Origin: Fidelibacterota bacterium
Lineage (GTDB): Bacteria; Fidelibacterota; SORT01
NCBI GenBank assembly: GCA_022573815.1
Contig: JACZTG010000001.1
Location: 859-64,858, forward strand
DNA length: 64,000 nucleotides
Reading direction: 5' to 3'
Shown piece after piece: positions 58,053 through 64,000 of this stretch (the stretch's first letter is position 1; each line of letters starts with the position of its first letter). Below the pieces are notes generated by a model, which did not search any database, was not told where the DNA came from, and saw only the letters and a list, made by a program, of their open reading frames with translations. A program made the position numbers and the translations under genes.

Positions 58053-59674
58053 ACCATTATGGACTTTTCGTTCTTAATATGCACCGCGCCGGGCGCCGAC
58101 CCTTTTTTCTTCCAGACATATTTTCGTAAGGTGTAAATGACCGGAACAATACCGGAATGTTTCTGCGAACTGTATCGCGCGGCGAGTTGGGCCGCCTGAA
58201 TTATTACGTCTCGAGGGAAAGGGTCTCCCTTTTTTATTGCCGGAACTATCACGTGAGAGCCTTGACCTCCTTGCACGTGCAGCCAGAGGTCGTTCTTTTT
58301 AGCTACTTTGAAAGTGAGTTTATCGTTGTCTCTTGAGCTTTTACCAACCAATACTGAATATCCGTTACCTGCGTCAAACTTCCGATAAGGATAAGAACTG
58401 AATTCTTTTTTCTTCTTCAGTGGAGTTTTCTTTTTCTTTAGAATCTTTTCAAAAGCGTTCCATTCGTTTATTGATTTAACTTTTTCGATTTCAGTCAGCA
58501 GATTGCTGATATTCGGTATTTCTCTTTCGCCTTCCGCAATAACTTTTTCAAGTTTTTTCTCACCCGAACGGGCTGATTTAGCTTTTTTATAATATCGTTC
58601 GGCGTTAGCGGCAGGTGGTATGAGGGGGTCGAGTTTTATCTCCACTTCGTCTCCGTTAAAATCGGTTAAAGAAACAGTTGTCATCCCTTTTTTGAACAAT
58701 GTCAGGTTGGATATGAGAAGGTCGGCAATTTTATCCCAATCTTTTCGCTCTTTTAGTTTCGAGAGATCGACTTTCTGTTTTTTGGTTCTTTCAAATACGG
58801 ATTTTAATTTTGATTTCAATCCTTTTACAGCCTCTCTTTTCTTTTTGATTAAATTTTCATAACCATATACGGCTTTATTAGTTTCGATAATCGCATCATT
58901 TATGGATTTAAACTTCTCCGTCGAGACTCCCTGCAGGTGAGTCAACTCAATAAGAGAGAAAATCGGCGGGGAAGAATGATAGAGAAACTGTTTTGGATTA
59001 GAAAATGCCGACGTGATTGAGTTATATGCCGTGAAAAGTTTCTTATAACCGCTATCGGAAAGTGTGTGGCTCAGTGCGTCAGGTTGTAATCCCGCACTGA
59101 AAATCAGTTCATCGGCAATAGTTTTGTTCACCAAAGGAAGTGAATTACGAAGCGCCTTTTTAAGTTTGACGGACGTTTTAGATTTTAATGATTCTTTAAG
59201 TTTTTTAACGCTATTAAGTGTCTGAATGTTATTCGGCTGAAAAACGTCGCTATAATGTAAATTCATTAATTTTGCCGGGCTTTTGAATGAGTTCAGAATT
59301 TCAGATTCATTATTTAGAATCACCACATTTGGCAGGGAGCCGTAAAAGATAAACCGTAAAATCAAATTTCTTTCAAATCGAAAGGAAATTACCTTCTCAT
59401 CTCCGGAAATCAGATTGGAAATAAATTTCAAACCGTTTAATTCATTGAATAATCGCACTGTTTGTTTTTTCTTCGGCTTAAAACTTCCTGCAATGGCATA
59501 AAGATAAGATTTTCCTTTAACCGCATTGAAAAATAGTGTTTTTGTTTCTTTGCCTTCGAATTCCAAAAGTAATTCGTTCTTACGAAATGTGAAAGCTGAG
59601 GAGAATCGCATTCCTTTGAGCATAACCTCCAATTCAAGAGATAGGAGTTTCAATGTTTCATGATGATTAATCAT
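58037..59674 (-). CDS. NFACT-family protein (FbpA/RqcH-like ribosome quality-control factor)
   Basis: The C-terminal DLWLHVQGGQGSHVIV matches the NFACT-R (DUF814) motif. 545 aa with a Lys-rich coiled-coil middle region. Confidence 0.55.
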   Translation of the reverse strand: MINHHETLKLLSLELEVMLKGMRFSSAFTFRKNELLLEFEGKETKTLFFNAVKGKSYLYAIAGSFKPKKKQTVRLFNELNGLKFISNLISGDEKVISFRFERNLILRFIFYGSLPNVVILNNESEILNSFKSPAKLMNLHYSDVFQPNNIQTLNSVKKLKESLKSKTSVKLKKALRNSLPLVNKTIADELIFSAGLQPDALSHTLSDSGYKKLFTAYNSITSAFSNPKQFLYHSSPPIFSLIELTHLQGVSTEKFKSINDAIIETNKAVYGYENLIKKKREAVKGLKSKLKSVFERTKKQKVDLSKLKERKDWDKIADLLISNLTLFKKGMTTVSLTDFNGDEVEIKLDPLIPPAANAERYYKKAKSARSGEKKLEKVIAEGEREIPNISNLLTEIEKVKSINEWNAFEKILKKKKTPLKKKKEFSSYPYRKFDAGNGYSVLVGKSSRDNDKLTFKVAKKNDLWLHVQGGQGSHVIVPAIKKGDPFPRDVIIQAAQLAARYSSQKHSGIVPVIYTLRKYVWKKKGSAPGAVHIKNEKSIMVKPDQ

Positions 59675-59814
59675 AGTAAAATAAACTTAAACAATTATTT
59701 AGAAGAAAAATAATACTATTGACTATCCGTCCGGTAATATTTACTTTACCTTGCTTAATATAAAATGAGTTATAACGCTCATTTCAGGTAATAAAAAAGC
59801 GCTAAGGAGATAGT

Positions 59815-60687
59815 TTGCTCAGTAGTATGACAGGATACGGAAGAGGGGAATCCACCGGACCACACTGCACAGTTGCGGTGGAATTACGGTCGGTGAACAA
59901 TCGCTATTGCGACGTTGTTTTGAGAAATAACAAAGGTTTTATGCAATGGGATGACGAGGTAAGACGCATAATACAGAAAAATCTTAAGCGTGGGAAAATC
60001 TATGTTAATATAAATGTGGAAGCTACGAATTCAAACGGAGATGTTTCTAAATTAGATTCGGACGCGGTAAAAAAATATGCTTCTCTTTTAGAAGAGATTA
60101 AGAAACACGCAGGAATAGATGAGCCTATTCAGCTCAGTCATCTGCTCAGTAATAACAATATATATGCTCAGCCATCAGAGATAGACGAAGAAGATTTGCA
60201 CAAGTTAATGCTTAAAGCCCTTGAAAGCGCGCTTACTCAGGTAGAAAATATGCGGAGCGAAGAAGGGGAAAAATTATCAGCAGATATTACAGAAAGAATT
60301 AATTTGATAAAAGAAGAGGTTACAAGCATAAAGAATATATCTTCTGATAATGCGTCTACGCAATTCGAAAAATTAAAAGTAAGAGCCCAAGAGCTCATCG
60401 GCAATGAAATGGAGTTCGACCGGCTTAATCAAGAGCTCGCCCTGCTATCAGATAAATTGGATATTTCGGAAGAATGTGTAAGAATAGATAGTCATGTCGG
60501 TCAATTCACAGATTATTTAACAATTGACGAGCCTGTGGGTAAAAGACTTGATTTTTTATTGCAGGAAATGAATCGTGAATCCAATACGATTTCTTCTAAA
60601 AGTAATAATGTATCAATTTCTCATATAATAGTAGAAATGAGAAACGTAATTGAATCGTTACGAGAACAAGTACAAAATATAATTTAA
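59815..60687 (+). CDS. yicC: YicC-family stress-induced protein
   Basis: MLSSMTGYGRGE parallels the E. coli YicC N-terminus MIRSMTAYARRE. TTG start. Confidence 0.8.
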   Translation: MLSSMTGYGRGESTGPHCTVAVELRSVNNRYCDVVLRNNKGFMQWDDEVRRIIQKNLKRGKIYVNINVEATNSNGDVSKLDSDAVKKYASLLEEIKKHAGIDEPIQLSHLLSNNNIYAQPSEIDEEDLHKLMLKALESALTQVENMRSEEGEKLSADITERINLIKEEVTSIKNISSDNASTQFEKLKVRAQELIGNEMEFDRLNQELALLSDKLDISEECVRIDSHVGQFTDYLTIDEPVGKRLDFLLQEMNRESNTISSKSNNVSISHIIVEMRNVIESLREQVQNII

Positions 60688-60693
60688 ACGAAA

Positions 60694-61272
60694 TTGTCAT
60701 CAGGAAATAAAAGAGGTTTACTTGTGGTAGTATGCGCGCCATCCGGCTCCGGGAAAACATCAATCTGCAAAGCATTTATGAGCAGAAATTCACGTTCAGG
60801 CTATTCCATATCCCTCACAACGCGTCCGCCGAGAGCCGGGGAAGTGGACGGAGTTGACTTCCGATTTGTGAGTACCGAAGAATTTCAAAATGCGGTGAAT
60901 AATGATGAATTTGTTGAATATGAAAAGGTACATGATTCAATGTACGGCACTCGTAAGGACGACATAGAAACTGCTCTCAGCAATGGAAATATATTGTTAA
61001 TCGATATAGACGTGCATGGCGGCATGGCAATAAAAAATGAATACCCGGATGATACAATTACTATTTTTATAAAACCGCCGTCTATTGAGGAATTAAAACG
61101 AAGACTTCAGGCAAGAGGAACTGAATCGGAAGAAAAAATTATAAAGCGTTTGGAACGATACGAGTATGAACTTTTAAAATCAAAAGATTTTGATATAATA
61201 ATTAAAAACGAAGATTTTGATGTCGCAGTAAGTGATTTTGAAAACAGTATTAACAATAAAGGAGGAAGTTAG
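60694..61272 (+). CDS. gmk: Guanylate kinase
   Basis: VVVCAPSGSGKTS is the P-loop. It has the usual size and the yicC-gmk-rpoZ context. Confidence 0.85.
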   Translation: MSSGNKRGLLVVVCAPSGSGKTSICKAFMSRNSRSGYSISLTTRPPRAGEVDGVDFRFVSTEEFQNAVNNDEFVEYEKVHDSMYGTRKDDIETALSNGNILLIDIDVHGGMAIKNEYPDDTITIFIKPPSIEELKRRLQARGTESEEKIIKRLERYEYELLKSKDFDIIIKNEDFDVAVSDFENSINNKGGS

Positions 61273-61275
61273 CGA

Positions 61276-61608
61276 ATGGGGTTAGAAACAATAAGAATGC
61301 GAGACTTGGAAGGAAAAGCTAAAAACTTGTATGAGGCGGTTACTGTAATGGCAAAACGAGCCAAACATATAAATAACACCAGACTTTCAAAAAAAGAAGA
61401 AATTTTAGACCACGACGACGCAGAGGATTACTCGGCTGAACCGATAGTTCCGGTAATCAGCACAGTGAAAGAAACTAAAGTAGCTACTGTTGCGCTCAAC
61501 GAGTTTTTAAACGGCGAAATTGAATTCGAGTACGTAAAACCGATGCCTGTCTCTGAAGACGAAGAGTTGAGTGAAGGCGAAGAAGAAGAAAAAACCGAAA
61601 AATCCTAA
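61276..61608 (+). CDS. rpoZ: DNA-directed RNA polymerase subunit omega
   Basis: NLYEAVTVMAKRAKHIN is the omega core, followed by an acidic tail. It lies after gmk. Confidence 0.6.
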   Translation: MGLETIRMRDLEGKAKNLYEAVTVMAKRAKHINNTRLSKKEEILDHDDAEDYSAEPIVPVISTVKETKVATVALNEFLNGEIEFEYVKPMPVSEDEELSEGEEEEKTEKS

Positions 61609-61619
61609 AGCAGCGGAAG

Positions 61620-62822
61620 ATGATTTTCAAAGATCATAAAATAGTTCTCGGAGTGACCGGTGGCATAGCAATATATAAATCCGCTGCTCTATTGCGTGAG
61701 CTGGTGAATGAACATGGGGCAGAAGTACAGGTCATAATGAGCGACTCTGCCCTGAAATTTATGACTCCGCTGATATTCGAGACGTTCTCGGGGAAACCTG
61801 TCTGGACGAGCTTGTTCAGTGATGAAGAAGCTGTTGGCGTTCGTCATGTTACAATTTCAAAGTGGGCTGATGTAGTTCTTGTGTGCCCTGCTACTGCCAA
61901 TATCATTGGAAAAGCGGCGAATGGAATAGCTGACGATTTGCTTTCAACAGTAATTTGTGATGCCGGTACAAAAACAATATTTGCCGCCGCAATGGAAACA
62001 GGAATGTATTATAACCCGATTGTTCAGGGAAATGTTGCCCGATTAAAAGAAGCGGGTTTTGGATTTATCGAGCCTGAGACGGGAGAATTAGCGAGCGGTT
62101 CAATCGGGGTAGGCAGACTCGCAGAAAATAAAACAATAATTCATTCAGTGGAAAGACATTTGCAGCCGGGCAGCCTTAATGGTAAGAAAATATTGGTTAC
62201 GGCCGGTTCTACAAGAGAATTCATTGATCCTGTACGTTTTATTTCAAATCCCTCAACAGGGAAAATGGGATACGCGATTGCTGAAGCAGCTTCTCTTCAG
62301 GGCGCTGAAGTTACACTTGTAAGCGGACATTCTGAATTGGAAGAACCTGCAATTTCTAAATTAATTCGAGTATCAACCGCTGAGGAGATGAAAAACGCGG
62401 TGGTTAAGGAGTTTAAGAAATCAGATGCATTGATAATGGCTGCGGCAGTGGGTGATTACACAAATTCAGATATTAAAAAACACAAACTGAAAAAGAATTG
62501 GGGAACATTGAAACTCGAGCTAAAACCTACCGATGACATCCTGACACTGATCGGCAAAGATAAGGGAAATAAGAAAATTATAGGTTTTAGTCTGGAAACC
62601 GAAAATATGATCAAGAATTCAAAGGCCAAGCTGAAGAATAAGAACCTCGACCTTATCATCGCCAACAATCCCACTGAAGAGGGTGCGGGATTCGGATATG
62701 ATACAAATAAAGTCTCGATGATAAACTCTGCCGGCGAAGTGGAAAATTTTGATTTAATGAGCAAGAAAAAGCTATCACGTATAATCGTTGATAAGTTATC
62801 GAATATGATGAACGGAAATTAA
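61620..62822 (+). CDS. coaBC: Bifunctional phosphopantothenoylcysteine decarboxylase / phosphopantothenate-cysteine ligase
   Basis: [22 protein letters not shown] is the flavoprotein N-terminus. 400 aa. Confidence 0.85.
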   Translation: MIFKDHKIVLGVTGGIAIYKSAALLRELVNEHGAEVQVIMSDSALKFMTPLIFETFSGKPVWTSLFSDEEAVGVRHVTISKWADVVLVCPATANIIGKAANGIADDLLSTVICDAGTKTIFAAAMETGMYYNPIVQGNVARLKEAGFGFIEPETGELASGSIGVGRLAENKTIIHSVERHLQPGSLNGKKILVTAGSTREFIDPVRFISNPSTGKMGYAIAEAASLQGAEVTLVSGHSELEEPAISKLIRVSTAEEMKNAVVKEFKKSDALIMAAAVGDYTNSDIKKHKLKKNWGTLKLELKPTDDILTLIGKDKGNKKIIGFSLETENMIKNSKAKLKNKNLDLIIANNPTEEGAGFGYDTNKVSMINSAGEVENFDLMSKKKLSRIIVDKLSNMMNGN

Positions 62823-62826
62823 TCGT

Positions 62827-63525
62827 TTGTCGCCTCCATTAAATAGCAAAGCAGCTCGATATTTTGAACAGCAGAAGGAATTGTATGGTTCGGAAATCCT
62901 GCTTGACGAAAAACTCAGACCGAATCGAAATGCCGATAAAAACGGTGATTCAGCGAAACTTCTTGAAGCATATTATAATGAAATTAAAGATTGCCAGCTC
63001 TGCTCACTTGGAAGCACTCGCACTAAATTTGTATTCGGAGTCGGTAATCCGAACGCCGACCTGCTGCTTATCGGCGAAGCGCCGGGACAAAATGAAGATC
63101 TTCAGGGAGAGCCGTTTGTAGGACGAGCAGGGCAATTACTCGACAAGATACTTCATTCGATAGGGCTTTCGAGAGAAGAAGTCTATATTGCAAATGTTTT
63201 GAAATGCAGACCTCCCAATAACAGGGACCCATTAAAAACTGAATCTGAAACCTGTAAGCCTTATCTTAAGAAACAAATAGAGATCATCAAACCAAAATTG
63301 ATTCTTGCTCTCGGGCGGATATCGGGTGTTTGGCTCATCGGCGAGGAAATGTCGCTTGGTGATATGAGAGGTAAAACTTTCTTTTTCGGTGACAGCGAGA
63401 TGATGGTCACATACCATCCGGCAGCCTTATTGAGGAATCCGAATTGGAAGAGACCATGTTGGGAAGATATGCAAAAGGTAAGGGATCGGTTAAAAGAATT
63501 GACAGCTAATTCGAGTATGGCATAA
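62827..63525 (+). CDS. Uracil-DNA glycosylase, family 4
   Basis: LLLIGEAPGQNEDLQGEPFVGRAGQLLDKIL is the family-4 UDG motif. Confidence 0.75.
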   Translation: MSPPLNSKAARYFEQQKELYGSEILLDEKLRPNRNADKNGDSAKLLEAYYNEIKDCQLCSLGSTRTKFVFGVGNPNADLLLIGEAPGQNEDLQGEPFVGRAGQLLDKILHSIGLSREEVYIANVLKCRPPNNRDPLKTESETCKPYLKKQIEIIKPKLILALGRISGVWLIGEEMSLGDMRGKTFFFGDSEMMVTYHPAALLRNPNWKRPCWEDMQKVRDRLKELTANSSMA

Positions 63526-64000
63526 ATGGCTAAATCAAAGGGTTCACAGGAAAAAGTACCTCCATATTCGAGGGAAGCGGAAGAATCTGTCCTCGGCGCA
63601 ATGATGCTGAGCAAAGAAGCGACATTTAAAGCATTCGAGCGGATTTGGGATACAAACGTATTTTATTTTGCCGAGCACAGATTCATCTATACCGCGATGA
63701 ATGAGCTTTTTAATGATTCTCAGCCCATAGATCAGATTACTGTATCCGATAAGCTGAAACAAAAGGGTCAGCTCGAAAAAGTGGGTGGAAGTTTTTATGT
63801 GACCGGATTATTGGAAAGTACCCCCTTAGCTTCAAATATTGATAAATACATTGATATAATTATCGAGAAGGTGCTGCTCCGAAATTTGATTTCCCTGGGA
63901 GGCAGAATGACCTCTGACGGATATGACGCTTCCACGGGAGTAAATGAGTTGATTGAATCTTACGAGCAAAAGATATTTCAGCTTACCGAAGGGAGATGGA
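63526..64000 (+). CDS. dnaB: Replicative DNA helicase DnaB, N-terminal part (truncated by the window end)
   Basis: PYSREAEESVLGAMMLSKEA is the DnaB N-terminal domain signature. Confidence 0.75.
   Translation, partial: MAKSKGSQEKVPPYSREAEESVLGAMMLSKEATFKAFERIWDTNVFYFAEHRFIYTAMNELFNDSQPIDQITVSDKLKQKGQLEKVGGSFYVTGLLESTPLASNIDKYIDIIIEKVLLRNLISLGGRMTSDGYDASTGVNELIESYEQKIFQLTEGRW

Overview
This 64-kb window looks bacterial (about 40-45% GC, TGA/TAA/TAG all used as stops). I would place it in the FCB group, because two large secreted proteases end in type IX secretion C-terminal sorting domains, but that placement is uncertain.

The first 22.4 kb is a single co-directional, tightly packed, partly translationally coupled supraoperon that I read as a type-II-like sulfur-oxidizing heterodisulfide-reductase (sHdr) system. 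In order it encodes:
- a DsrE-like sulfur carrier, a GcvH-like lipoate-binding protein and a thioredoxin-like protein;
- HdrC1, HdrB1 and HdrA, a conserved hypothetical, and a fused HdrC-HdrB protein;
- a small wHTH-like protein followed by a 237-bp GC-rich leader;
- EtfB, EtfA and a membrane-anchored HdrD-like (Emo-like) FeS/CCG protein;
- a dedicated lipoate-assembly module: a second GcvH-like protein, two LplA-like ligases and three radical SAM enzymes;
- a secreted tandem DUF302-like protein, and an FeS-NrfD fusion plus molybdopterin (MopB) catalytic subunit that appear to lack Tat signals.

The supraoperon ends at a strong bidirectional terminator. After it comes a 5.5-kb variable islet anchored on a tRNA-Met gene. 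It carries a duplicated tRNA 3' end, a 45-bp palindromic element in three copies, and a separate ~45-bp stem-loop motif in four copies. The islet encodes a FadL-like outer-membrane protein, an alpha/beta hydrolase and small paralogous lipoproteins.

The rest of the window is housekeeping. It includes gap, folE, a queC-like gene, bcp, the ffh-rpsP-rimM-trmD-rplS block, selA-selB, mutS, yicC-gmk-rpoZ-coaBC, a family-4 uracil-DNA glycosylase and the dnaB 5' end, plus two T9SS-type proteases, a GH57 enzyme and a DPP-III peptidase.

Three oddities stand out: RpsP has a ~260-aa E/A/K-rich tandem-repeat tail, a glutaredoxin-like gene has its CxxC motif upstream of any canonical start codon, and selAB are present with no selenoprotein gene in view.

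All calls rest on motif and pattern reading of the translated ORFs. No database searches were run.
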